Positions 9,335 through 18,240 of a stretch of DNA of 34,412 nt are shown piece by piece. Origin of the DNA: a virus (Duplodnaviria > Caudoviricetes). How positions within the stretch are numbered: position 1 is the stretch's first letter; the number at the start of each line of letters is the position of its first letter. Under the pieces are notes generated by a model, which searched no databases, was not told where the DNA came from, and saw only the letters and a list, made by a program, of their open reading frames with translations. The DNA is taken from the IMG/VR virus record IMGVR_UViG_3300037602_000036, positions 1 to 34,412 of that record; one strand, given 5' to 3'. A program made the translations under genes and the position numbers.

Positions 9335-10026
9335 GGGGTGATCTTCCACGGATAGGCGGTCTTGGCGCGATAGTTGGGTCGCGAGGCCTGCACGAGGATG
9401 CGCGCGCCCTTATCGTCGCTGATGGCACGGCTTAGGGCGATTTCTGCCGTGGCCATGTCCTCGGCATAGTCCAGCTGCTTCTGTTGCCGCCACGTCCAGA
9501 TGAACACCAACTCCAGCACCCGATCATCGAGGCGAAATGTGTCATCATCGGCGGTGAAGGTCTCTTTGGCCGTGCCAAGGCTATCCGCGCACTTGTTGCG
9601 GCTGACATAGAAGAACCGTGCGGTCTCATCGCTGGCCAGCGCGGGCTTATAGACGAAATTGTCTCCGAAGAGGGTCCATGTGCCATAAACCAAGTCGAAC
9701 TCGCGGATATCGAGATTCAGCCAGGTCTCTGGGTCGATATGCTCCAGCGGGGCCTCCCACTTGGTCGACCAGATCTGCCCATCCTTGGGCATCCGCAGGA
9801 AGTCCGAGGCCTTGGCGAACTCGGTGGTGGTCCCGTCACCGGTATGGTTGACGAGGGTCTTCAAGGCCTGCCAGTCATGGGCGCGAACGATCTTGTCAGC
9901 GGCTTCGATCAGCGCTTGGCGCAACTCGACGTGAGTGCGCTCGGTGCTGCTGAACAGCTCCGTCACCTGCTCGATGCCGATCTTGGTGCAGGCGTCCTGC
10001 ACGATCTGCAAAACCGTTCGCGTCAT
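9331..10026 (-). CDS. Head-tail adaptor (tail tubular protein A-like)
   Basis: MTRTVLQIVQDAC N-terminus, W..L, DFLRM, DDD motifs; size and synteny. Confidence 0.7.
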   Translation of the reverse strand: MTRTVLQIVQDACTKIGIEQVTELFSSTERTHVELRQALIEAADKIVRAHDWQALKTLVNHTGDGTTTEFAKASDFLRMPKDGQIWSTKWEAPLEHIDPETWLNLDIREFDLVYGTWTLFGDNFVYKPALASDETARFFYVSRNKCADSLGTAKETFTADDDTFRLDDRVLELVFIWTWRQQKQLDYAEDMATAEIALSRAISDDKGARILVQASRPNYRAKTAYPWKITP

Positions 10027-10029
10027 GGC

Positions 10030-10722
10030 TTAGGCCGCCTCGTTCTCTTTGGCCGCCGCAATCTCTTGCAGCGTGACCACCAGCTTCGCCCGGTTGGTCG
10101 GTCCGCTCGGAACACTCCGTCCGGCGTCACGGATCATGTTCTTGAGATCATCATCGGTGAAATCGGCAAAACCATCATCGGTGGCCGTTTCGTGGGGCAC
10201 CGGTTCGGCGGCCATCTGGGCCTCCAGCTCGGCAATCCGCGCGTGCAGCGCTGCGGTGTCAGCCTGCTGACTGGCGGTCTGAAGGTAGCTCTTGGCGGAC
10301 TCGACCATATCGCGCGCGCCCATGCCCAGCTTCTTGATGACCGCATCGGGAAGGCCCGCGAGTTGCTCGACCGTCTTGACGTTCTGAGCAATCAGCTCGG
10401 ACCGCTTGGCCTGCGTCAGGAAGGTCACTTCGGCCAGCGGGGTTCCATGGACAGCCTCGGTGCCAGCATCGCGCTTGAAGGCCTCATAAACCGGCTGGAA
10501 TCGCTCCGCATAGGTCATCTGTTCCTTGGCGTGCGGGTTGTAGTGCTTCTCGTGGGCGTTGGCGACCAGCTCGCGCTTGTTGTCCGCCGGAAACCGGATG
10601 CGGACATATTCCTTGTCATCGTAGACCGGACGCTTCGCTTCCTTGGATTTCCGGGGGTTGAGTACAGCATGCAGGAAAAATTCGACGCCAAGCTGGAGGT
10701 CTGGGTTCTGGTTCGGGTCCAT
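10030..10722 (-). CDS. Conserved phage protein (head-completion region)
   Basis: 230 aa, AAGGA RBS, GTPL..VKTVEQLA motif and short C-terminal helical domain. Confidence 0.65.
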   Translation of the reverse strand: MDPNQNPDLQLGVEFFLHAVLNPRKSKEAKRPVYDDKEYVRIRFPADNKRELVANAHEKHYNPHAKEQMTYAERFQPVYEAFKRDAGTEAVHGTPLAEVTFLTQAKRSELIAQNVKTVEQLAGLPDAVIKKLGMGARDMVESAKSYLQTASQQADTAALHARIAELEAQMAAEPVPHETATDDGFADFTDDDLKNMIRDAGRSVPSGPTNRAKLVVTLQEIAAAKENEAA

Positions 10723-10785
10723 GGTGGAATTCCTTCTGAAGGATGTGCAGGGTGGCGACGGGCCCGGAGGCCCGCCCCGTTGGCG

Positions 10786-11277
10786 TTAGAGCGTTGCGTC
10801 GATCATGGGATAGTTAAGCATCCCGGCAGCGGTGTTGCTGGCCTCCGCCGCGGTGGTCACCAAGCCCAGGATAGTTTCTGCGCCCGCGGTCGCGTCGTCA
10901 TCCACGCGGCCTCCGGTAGCGGTCGTGTTCAGCTTGGTGTTCGCTGCGCACGAAGTCGCCACGTTGATGGTGCAGGCGCCATAGATCTGGATCCAGCCAT
11001 AATCGTTGTCCGCGAAGGCGACGGGGGCAACGCCCGCTTTGTCGCCGACTGCGCCGGCCGAATTGGTGGTGTCGATCTGATCCGCCTGGAAGTTCTCATC
11101 GATGATCACCACATCGTTTGCGCTGATCGCACCATTCGCCTGCACATAGATGTACTCCCGACCACCCTCGCCATGGACGCGGGTGCCAAGTTCCCATTCA
11201 GGGAAGACGTTGACGGCAGTGCCGAGGGAAAGGGCGGTTGTGATATCCACCCCGATTGCGTTTTGTCCAATGGTCAT
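10786..11277 (-). CDS. Capsid decoration/cement-like protein
   Basis: 163 aa immediately after major capsid; YIYVQA and YGWIQIYG motifs; strong RBS. Confidence 0.65.
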   Translation of the reverse strand: MTIGQNAIGVDITTALSLGTAVNVFPEWELGTRVHGEGGREYIYVQANGAISANDVVIIDENFQADQIDTTNSAGAVGDKAGVAPVAFADNDYGWIQIYGACTINVATSCAANTKLNTTATGGRVDDDATAGAETILGLVTTAAEASNTAAGMLNYPMIDATL

Positions 11278-11290
11278 GGGTCAGCCCTCC

Positions 11291-12298
11291 TTAGTACAGC
11301 TTGGCCATGTGCAGCGGGTTGCACAGCGTCAGTTCGCCGTAGAACCCGATGTGCTGCACCACGGCGTCTTGGTTGACCGGGGTCTGCTTGCCGCCGAACT
11401 TCGAGAAGTTCCGATCCTTGTGGTAGCGGAAACGCAGATGGTCGGTTGCGAGGAAATAGGACACGTCCGAAGGCATCGCGGAACCGATGCCGCCTTCCAG
11501 GACGATATCCATGGACTTGCCCGCGCCGTAGAACTTGAGCGACGGGAAGCCCAGCTTGGCGACCTTTCCACCATCGGTGATCCGCTGGATCGACTCGGTG
11601 GCCGCCATATAGGCGCCGTAGTGCTCCTGCGAGGACAAGATCAGGTCCGGGCCGGTGCGCCCACGGCTGCGCTCGATCACGATCTGATTGAAGATCGGTT
11701 TGACCGACGCGCTGGTCACGCTGGTGGCCGAGGTCTGATCCCAGGACGCCGACGACACATCATAGGCGGTGGTGCGCCAGATCGCGTTGTTGGCGCGACT
11801 GATCCCGCCATAGGTGCCGGTGGTCGGGTCGGTCGGCAGTGCAAGTTGCAGGCCGCCGATCTGACGCCCGCCATCTGCGGTGCCATCGCTATGAAGATCC
11901 TCGACAAAGCGATCTTCCAGCTCGGTTTCCGCCGCCTCCAGGTGCAGGTCCATGATATTCATGAGCTGCGCGGTGGAGCCGTTGTTCTGGAGGATGTCCT
12001 CCATGGACAGGACAACCGAGACTGCGGCCATTTTGGGCGTGAACTCGGCGTCGTTGACCAGCTCAGCGGGCTTCGGGTTCAGGAACTGATAGCCCGAATA
12101 GCGCGTGTAAGTGCCCGACTCGTTGTAGAGCAGGCGCTCGCGGATGGTCGGACCCTCGAAGGTCTTCCACATCCCCTTGTCCTTCATGATGGCCAGGAGG
12201 ACGTTCGCGTTCGACACAAGGTCTTGGTATCCCGTCGAACGATCCTCGATGGCCAGCGACAGCGCTTCTTGCAAGCGCTCGTTGGTATTCAGAGCCAT
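11291..12298 (-). CDS. Major capsid protein
   Basis: 335 aa, strong codon bias, DGTADGGRQIGGLQ..YGGISR..WR motif; after scaffold. Confidence 0.85.
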   Translation of the reverse strand: MALNTNERLQEALSLAIEDRSTGYQDLVSNANVLLAIMKDKGMWKTFEGPTIRERLLYNESGTYTRYSGYQFLNPKPAELVNDAEFTPKMAAVSVVLSMEDILQNNGSTAQLMNIMDLHLEAAETELEDRFVEDLHSDGTADGGRQIGGLQLALPTDPTTGTYGGISRANNAIWRTTAYDVSSASWDQTSATSVTSASVKPIFNQIVIERSRGRTGPDLILSSQEHYGAYMAATESIQRITDGGKVAKLGFPSLKFYGAGKSMDIVLEGGIGSAMPSDVSYFLATDHLRFRYHKDRNFSKFGGKQTPVNQDAVVQHIGFYGELTLCNPLHMAKLY

Positions 12299-12322
12299 TT
12301 GCTCATCTCCATCTGGTTGAGT

Positions 12323-13468
12323 TTAGAGGCCAGCCGCATCAAATGCGCGCTTCAGGGCCTCAGTTCGGTTCGTTGACGGCTTCCGCTGTGCCGGGTTTGA
12401 GCCAGCCGAGGGGGCGCCTGTCACTGATTTGGGCTCCCGGGTTTGAGCCGGGGCCGGGGTTGGATCCGGTTGTGGATCCGGGGCCGGTGCCGGGTTCAGC
12501 CGGTCGGCCTTGTCATATGCGTCTTGCAAATCCTTGGCGAAGCCGGTTTGCAGCATTTCCGCAATGCTGTTGGACAGTTCATCAAAGCGCGGGTTCTGCG
12601 CTGCGAACTGTTCGATCTGGTTCAGGACTGCGGATTGCCGCTGGTCCTGCATGCCCTGATTGATCTGGCCGAAGCCCTGCTTGAGCTGCTGCAACTCCTG
12701 CCGCAGAGACATGATCTGCTGGTCGCGGGGGTCTGCCTGTCCCGGCTGCCCGCCTTGCAGCATCTGCGCTACTTGCTGGGGAGACATGCCCATGTTGCTG
12801 GCAATCTCCTGAAACCCGCGCACGGGGTCTTGGCGCAGCATGTTCTCAAGGTTCACGTAGCGGCCAAGGGCGTCTTCAAGCTTCACACCGTGGGTCCGGG
12901 CCATCTGATAGAACGGCTCCAGCGGCTCTACGCGGGACTTGTATTCCGCAATCCCCTGCTCCATCTCGCGGATTGCGCGATGAGCCTCGGCGCGGATAGG
13001 CTCCGGGGCTTCTTTCCACGCCGCCTTTGCATCAGCAGAGAAACGCGCGGGGGCCTCGTCGTGCCCGGTCCCGGCTGCCTTGTCCGGCTTTGCCGCGTCG
13101 GACTTCCCGTCCGCCTGCGCTTCTGCTTTCTTGGGGTCCGCAGCCGGGGCCGCCTGCTCCTTGCTGACGAACTTCCCATCCGGGCCGCGCTCAGGTTGCG
13201 CTTGCGTGGCGGGCTCGCCGTTTTGACCGGCCTTGGCCTTGTCGTCCTTCGCTACCGCCCTGTTCGCGGGTTCTTTCCCCGGCTCCGGCTGGTCCAGATC
13301 TGCGAACGCCTTTTCCAGAGCCTCACGACGGCTGCGGCGGGGCTGCTCTTTCGGTTCATCGTTGGTCTGGTCATCCTGCTTCCCTTCCACCTGCGGCGCG
13401 CTGTCTTGAACCGGGGCTTCGGGTACAGGGGATTGTTCCGCCGGAGCGGGTTCTGCGAAATCATTCAT
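12323..13468 (-). CDS. Capsid scaffolding protein
   Basis: Low-complexity acidic/Pro/Gln-rich N-terminus, RGPDGKF motif, helical core; directly before capsid. Confidence 0.75.
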   Translation of the reverse strand: MNDFAEPAPAEQSPVPEAPVQDSAPQVEGKQDDQTNDEPKEQPRRSRREALEKAFADLDQPEPGKEPANRAVAKDDKAKAGQNGEPATQAQPERGPDGKFVSKEQAAPAADPKKAEAQADGKSDAAKPDKAAGTGHDEAPARFSADAKAAWKEAPEPIRAEAHRAIREMEQGIAEYKSRVEPLEPFYQMARTHGVKLEDALGRYVNLENMLRQDPVRGFQEIASNMGMSPQQVAQMLQGGQPGQADPRDQQIMSLRQELQQLKQGFGQINQGMQDQRQSAVLNQIEQFAAQNPRFDELSNSIAEMLQTGFAKDLQDAYDKADRLNPAPAPDPQPDPTPAPAQTREPKSVTGAPSAGSNPAQRKPSTNRTEALKRAFDAAGL

Positions 13469-13493
13469 AGGTCACCTGTCTGAGAGGTCGCGT

Positions 13494-13865
13494 TTACGGG
13501 GCGCCAAACCCCGCTTGAGAAAGCGCCTTGCCCACGCTGGCCCGGCGCGCCTTTTTGCGCTGTTCGCGCTCATCCCGGCTTGGCGTGGCGCGCTTGGTCG
13601 GCACATCGTTGCCAACCTCGATCACACCCGCGCGCCGGTACTCCTTCCGAAGCTCGGATTTGCTGTCGTAGAACTTGCCGTTGGTCTGGCTTTGCAGGTG
13701 GGGCTGGCAATCCGAAATGACCATCGGAGCGCAAAGCTCACCCTGGCTGGCCTGTCTCTGAAACGCCCGCTCCTCGTATTCCGCCTTTCGACGCTCAAAC
13801 TCTGCGGCCTCCAGCCAAGTGCCGGTGACTCGGTCAAGCTTCTTTCCAAAGGTCAGATCAGTCAT
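13494..13865 (-). CDS. Conserved phage hypothetical protein
   Basis: PMVISD..GKFYDSKS.LR..G.IEVGND motif; ATGA-coupled. Confidence 0.7.
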   Translation of the reverse strand: MTDLTFGKKLDRVTGTWLEAAEFERRKAEYEERAFQRQASQGELCAPMVISDCQPHLQSQTNGKFYDSKSELRKEYRRAGVIEVGNDVPTKRATPSRDEREQRKKARRASVGKALSQAGFGAP

Positions 13866-14023
13866 GGGGTATATCCCCCGACAAAAACCATCGGCTGACC
13901 ACCTGTGGAAACCACAGTGACGGGCTGGCCGCCCTCGGAGACCTGCGTCACCGGGACGCCACCCTCTGTGACGACAACAACGGGCTTTCCGCCCTCTGAT
14001 ACTGGAACAACTGGTTTAGCCAT
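13862..14023 (-). CDS. 53-aa decapeptide-repeat protein (absent from ORF track)
   Basis: MAKPVVPVSEGGKPVVVVTEGGVPVTQVSEGGQPVTVVSTGGQPMVFVGGYTP; overlaps portal stop and next ATG. Confidence 0.75.
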   Translation of the reverse strand: MAKPVVPVSEGGKPVVVVTEGGVPVTQVSEGGQPVTVVSTGGQPMVFVGGYTP

Positions 14024-16049
14024 CGCCAATCCCCACCGGGCGCTCCTGCTCCCGTTCGATCTGCACCTCTGCCACCTTCATCATGGCGTCGATTTCCGCC
14101 TGCGCCTCTTTCAGGCTCTGCTCATCCTGCTTGATGCCGAGTTCCTGCAACTTGATCCGCTGATCCTGTGCCTTGAGGGCTGCATTCAGATCGGCCTGAT
14201 ACCGACCGGCCTGGATCCGCGCCTGCGCCTCGGCCTCCTTCAGCGCAAGCTCGCGGCTCTTCAGCTGCAATTCTCCCTGCTTGATCTGGGCATCTTGCGC
14301 CTTCACCTGCATTTCGGCTTGGAGCTTCTGCGCCTCGGCCTGCATCTTCATCTCTTCCGGGCTTGGCTTCTGGTTCTGACCGGCCTGCGATGCCCTCTTC
14401 TTCACCTGGTCAACGAACTGATCGATCTCACCGCCGAGGTCTCGACCGGCCCGGAATGCACCTGCGCCGAACTTCAGCAACTCACCCATGAATGGCGCCG
14501 ACTCTGGCTGGGCCTCGACCATGCTTCCTGCCTGCTGGATGAACCCGCCGACTGCGGTCAGGAACTCAGTGCGGCTCTGTTTTTCTGCCGCCTCGTTTGG
14601 CGCGATCGTGCTGTCTGTCTCGACCTCCATCGCAAACGGGCGGAGCCGCTGCGATTTGAGCAACTGGTCGACCTGCTCGGCGGACACAGTGACGGGCATC
14701 ACCTCACCAGTCTGTTGCGCCTGCGCTTTCATCTGCTCCAATTGCTGATGGTTGGGCAGCTGCATGCCGGCCATATCCATCAGGTCAGCAATCGGGAATT
14801 GCTCGGCCATGATTTCGGCCTTGATCCGCAGCACGTCGAGCGCGATGCGCACCATTTCCGCCTGCTTTTCCCGCACCCGCACGCTGCCGAACTGTGCTTT
14901 GAGGTTCTGCGCCCCCAATGTCTCCTGCGCCTGCGTCACGCCGCGCATGATGTCGCTCAGGCCGGTGATTTCGTAGACGTCGTCTATCAGCTGCTTGCGC
15001 AGCTCGATGCAGGCCTGAATGACACCGGCGACCTCCTGAACTGGCAGCCACACGATGGCGTCTCGCATCGCCTTGCCGCCTAGGGCCGATGCCGCCGATA
15101 CCGGGACAAGGATCGCCTTGTTGTCGGTCTGCTTCATGGCCGCTTCAATGGCCTCGCCCAGCTCCGATGTGCCGGACGCATAGAAGCCCTTGAGGCGCAA
15201 ACTCTCCGACAGGTCGCTGATGCGCGCGGTCAGCTCGTTGATCTCGTCAACCTGATCGCGGTAGTAGACAAAATCCGGCACCGGCTTGAGCGTTCCCCGC
15301 TCCACCGTCGCATAGGCTGGCTTCGGACAGGGGAAGAAGCCTTTCACGTCGAACATCGGCTCCTGATCGTCAAGAACCTGATCGACACCCTCTGTCACCC
15401 ATACGACCTTGCGCTCTGTCTTGGACCAGATTTCCCAGACCTGCGCCTTGCGGCCGCTGGACTGATAGTCATCATCGCGCTCGTTTCCAATCTCCTCACG
15501 CTTGGCCTCGCGGAATATGTCTCCGAAGCGCTTCACGCCCTGTTCGAGGCTGAGATAGGACCGGCGGGCGACCCAGCCGACCTCCTTCCACTTCCGCGCT
15601 GGTTCATGGACGAAATCGCGGCGATCCACGTGCATGCACCGCCCATTGTCCAGAACCCACGGGACACCACGGGCTGACAGGCACAGATCATCACGCACCA
15701 GAAGCAGAGTTTCGTGCAGGTCGTCGTCCTCAACGTCGAACTCCAGCGCGCGCTCAATCAGCTCGGAAGCCTTGCGTGGTACTTCCCCGGTGTCGCTGTG
15801 CCGCGGCATGACAACGGGCTGTGGTGCGCGCTGATATACCGAGGGTCGCATGATCTCGATGTTTGCCCAGAAGATCTGAAACTCACGGTCGCCGCTCGCC
15901 TCGGACATGTCGCTGAGCTTGGCATAGAGCTTGTCGATGCTGTCGCACTTCTCCTGCCAGACCTGAAAGGCCTTCTCGGCGTCTGCGATGGCGTCAAGCC
16001 ACGGCTTGGAGAGGCGCGGCGCGTCTGCTTGCTGCTCTTCTGCGTCCAT
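14016..16049 (-). CDS. Portal protein
   Basis: 677 aa after terL; FFPCPKP, YEITGLSDIMRG motifs and C-terminal Gln-rich coiled coil. Confidence 0.85.
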   Translation of the reverse strand: MDAEEQQADAPRLSKPWLDAIADAEKAFQVWQEKCDSIDKLYAKLSDMSEASGDREFQIFWANIEIMRPSVYQRAPQPVVMPRHSDTGEVPRKASELIERALEFDVEDDDLHETLLLVRDDLCLSARGVPWVLDNGRCMHVDRRDFVHEPARKWKEVGWVARRSYLSLEQGVKRFGDIFREAKREEIGNERDDDYQSSGRKAQVWEIWSKTERKVVWVTEGVDQVLDDQEPMFDVKGFFPCPKPAYATVERGTLKPVPDFVYYRDQVDEINELTARISDLSESLRLKGFYASGTSELGEAIEAAMKQTDNKAILVPVSAASALGGKAMRDAIVWLPVQEVAGVIQACIELRKQLIDDVYEITGLSDIMRGVTQAQETLGAQNLKAQFGSVRVREKQAEMVRIALDVLRIKAEIMAEQFPIADLMDMAGMQLPNHQQLEQMKAQAQQTGEVMPVTVSAEQVDQLLKSQRLRPFAMEVETDSTIAPNEAAEKQSRTEFLTAVGGFIQQAGSMVEAQPESAPFMGELLKFGAGAFRAGRDLGGEIDQFVDQVKKRASQAGQNQKPSPEEMKMQAEAQKLQAEMQVKAQDAQIKQGELQLKSRELALKEAEAQARIQAGRYQADLNAALKAQDQRIKLQELGIKQDEQSLKEAQAEIDAMMKVAEVQIEREQERPVGIGDG

Positions 16050-17426
16050 TTACAGCCTCGTGCGCTTGGAGTTCGTGTTGAGATCCGGCGGTGAAATCTC
16101 CACCTGCCCCGGCTGCGGCTTGGGTTTCGGCGGCTCCCGCAGAACCTCAGGCGGCATGCGCCACGAGAGGCCCATGTATCGCCACGCGGAACCGATATGC
16201 TCGGCCCAATCCTTGACCGGGTTCTCGCGGAAGGTCTTGAGTGCGTCGTCCCACTCGCGGCGGTAGGATTTCAGCCCCTCCACGCCGTGGGCGACACGCT
16301 GGCCGCGCTCGTCGTCGGCCCTGTGGAAAATCGCCTGATTGATTGCGCCCCGGCCCGCCTGCAAGCCATCTGCAACCGAGACCTTGGCAATCCGGATCGG
16401 CTTGCGGCCATTCGCGACCAGCCTCTCGATCCGGGTCTTGCTGGTGCCCCATTCCGTGTTGGCCGCGTCGTGCGGCACGTAGTCATTTCCGTGATAGCCC
16501 CGATCATTGAGCCACGCGCACCAGTCTTCGAGATCGTCCGTCTCTGGGATGTAGAAATCCACGATCAGCGGGCGACCGGCGTAGACCTGGAAACACCAGA
16601 TCGGGTTGTTGATCGCCTTGCCAAGATCCCAGACCGTGTGAACCGGGCGGCTCGGGTCAATTGGAACCGGCATCATGCGGCCTTGGCGCTCTGCCCGTGC
16701 CATCTCGGCGCCGAAGTAGGCGCCAACCATAGCGCCCGCAAAGCTGCAATTGTACTCCTGATCGAAGAAGGAACGGCCAAGCTCTACGCCGTGCAGATCC
16801 TGATACTCGCGCAGCGCCTCTTCGAGGTCAGCCTGAGACAGCGCGCCGGTCTCCTCGATGGACAGTAGCTCCGAAAACCAGCGAGGGTTACTCACAGCGC
16901 TGTCGTACATCGTCTTTGCGTGGTTATTGCCGCGCGGCGTGGTGATGAATGCCGCCCATCCCCCAGTCTCTCGGATCATCGGGGAATGATAGGCCCAGGC
17001 GCTGGGGTTGCTCAGCGCCCATTCCGAATAAGCAATGCCACGAGGACCGGAGCCGACCGTGGCATCGTATCTGTCAGAGCCGATCAGTTGGAACGTTGAC
17101 CCGCTCGTCAGTTCGATGAACATGTCATCGTCCTGCATGCGGACGATGGTGGCGGGGTGAAATGCGTCGAAGATCCGGCGTTGCCCCGTGCGCGGGTTGA
17201 TCCCGTTCCAGATCGCCTTGCGCGCCTGCTTGAACTCCGGGAAGCAGTGCCAGTACGTGCCGACCTCTTTCTCGGCCAGCTCAGACATGGCGTTCAGGAC
17301 AATCTCATCCTTGCCCGCCCGCCGGTGCCAGATTGCCATGAGGCGGTCGTGTGTTCGTTCGACAAGCGCGCGGTGAAAGTTCTGCTGATACCACCGGACT
17401 CGGAACTCCAGCTCAACCTCAGTCAG
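16050..17426 (-). CDS. terL: Terminase large subunit (probable CTG start at 17426; first ATG at 17339)
   Basis: RWYQ Q-motif, WHRRAGKD Walker A, YSEWA Walker B, ITTPRG coupling motif, WDLG nuclease motif. Confidence 0.9.
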   Translation of the reverse strand: MTEVELEFRVRWYQQNFHRALVERTHDRLMAIWHRRAGKDEIVLNAMSELAEKEVGTYWHCFPEFKQARKAIWNGINPRTGQRRIFDAFHPATIVRMQDDDMFIELTSGSTFQLIGSDRYDATVGSGPRGIAYSEWALSNPSAWAYHSPMIRETGGWAAFITTPRGNNHAKTMYDSAVSNPRWFSELLSIEETGALSQADLEEALREYQDLHGVELGRSFFDQEYNCSFAGAMVGAYFGAEMARAERQGRMMPVPIDPSRPVHTVWDLGKAINNPIWCFQVYAGRPLIVDFYIPETDDLEDWCAWLNDRGYHGNDYVPHDAANTEWGTSKTRIERLVANGRKPIRIAKVSVADGLQAGRGAINQAIFHRADDERGQRVAHGVEGLKSYRREWDDALKTFRENPVKDWAEHIGSAWRYMGLSWRMPPEVLREPPKPKPQPGQVEISPPDLNTNSKRTRL

Positions 17427-17709
17427 GCTTGGCCTCGTAGACAGTCTTGCGGATCACTGTGGTGGCAACTTTGGCATTGACCTGCAGGGGGAGAAGCTTC
17501 GGGTAGATCGTGGCCCAAAACGCGCGCTCGTTTTCCGGTGCCTCTTGCGCCCATGCGACCAGGCGATCAGCGCCACCAAGACGTTCAGCAGCGTCCTCAA
17601 TGATCGCCTTTGCTGTCGCAGTGGTCTTATTCTGGCTTCCCTTGGGGCGGCCTCGACCCTTGTTCGTGAGGTTATTTTCGCCCTCTATTTTATTCGCCAT
17701 ATCGCTCAT
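17419..17709 (-). CDS. terS: Terminase small subunit (start 17709 or 17700)
   Basis: GRPKGSQNKTT motif, GG..L..WA..F..IYPKLLP; immediately upstream of terL. Confidence 0.8.
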   Translation of the reverse strand: MSDMANKIEGENNLTNKGRGRPKGSQNKTTATAKAIIEDAAERLGGADRLVAWAQEAPENERAFWATIYPKLLPLQVNAKVATTVIRKTVYEAKPD

Positions 17710-17863
17710 CAGCGCCGGTTTGAGCGGTCGCTGCCTCTTGCTGAGTGTTTTTATTGATAAAGTTCAACCAAGGCGCGCATGATCGAGTATCAACCCGCTG
17801 CACACTGGTTCTATTTGTGCAAATGAGCCGCGCCCTTTCCGGTATCCAGCCGGTGGGCGATGT

Positions 17864-18006
17864 TCACTTTTGTGCGCTTTTGGCCTTGCGAACAGCGTCA
17901 TCCAGATTTGCGATCCGCATCGGGCGTGGGTCATCTTGCCAGCCGTTCGGCTCCTTGACTGCAAAACGCGCGAGGGCATGAGGGCATCAAGGTACTTACG
18001 TTCCAT
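17864..18006 (-). pseudogene. Small gene apparently frameshifted by an 8-bp tandem duplication
   Basis: GGAG RBS; GAGGGCAT x2 at 17972-17987; removing one copy gives a 44-aa ORF ending at TGA 17864. Confidence 0.4.
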
Positions 18007-18212
18007 GTCCATGCTCCAGGTAATCAGACCGCCGCAGGCTTTGACCGGTGGCGAGTGTGGATGCGAAGGGGTGATTTTATGATCTAAAGATGCTGCGGCG
18101 CGAGAGCTGGTTAAAGCGTGTGGATTGCAGCAGCACGCGCCCTTTCCTCAGTTCCGAAACCGGGGGCGCGTGGACGGGCCGACCGGAGCGATCCTGGTGC
18201 GACCTTGAGGAG

Positions 18213-18240
18213 ATACTACCACATCTTGGGATTGCATCAA
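18213..18240 (-). promoter_or_regulatory. Late promoter (PR'-like)
   Basis: TTGATG-N16-TAGTAT with extended -10 TG, overlapping the antiterminator stop codon. Confidence 0.6.

Noticed and set aside
10755-10780. GC hairpin after the capsid decoration gene
   Set aside because: No U-tract; a routine stabilising or terminating stem
9484-15083. Long plus-strand ORFs (630, 408, 346, 392 aa)
   Set aside because: Antisense shadows of strongly codon-biased structural genes in high-GC DNA; no motifs or RBS
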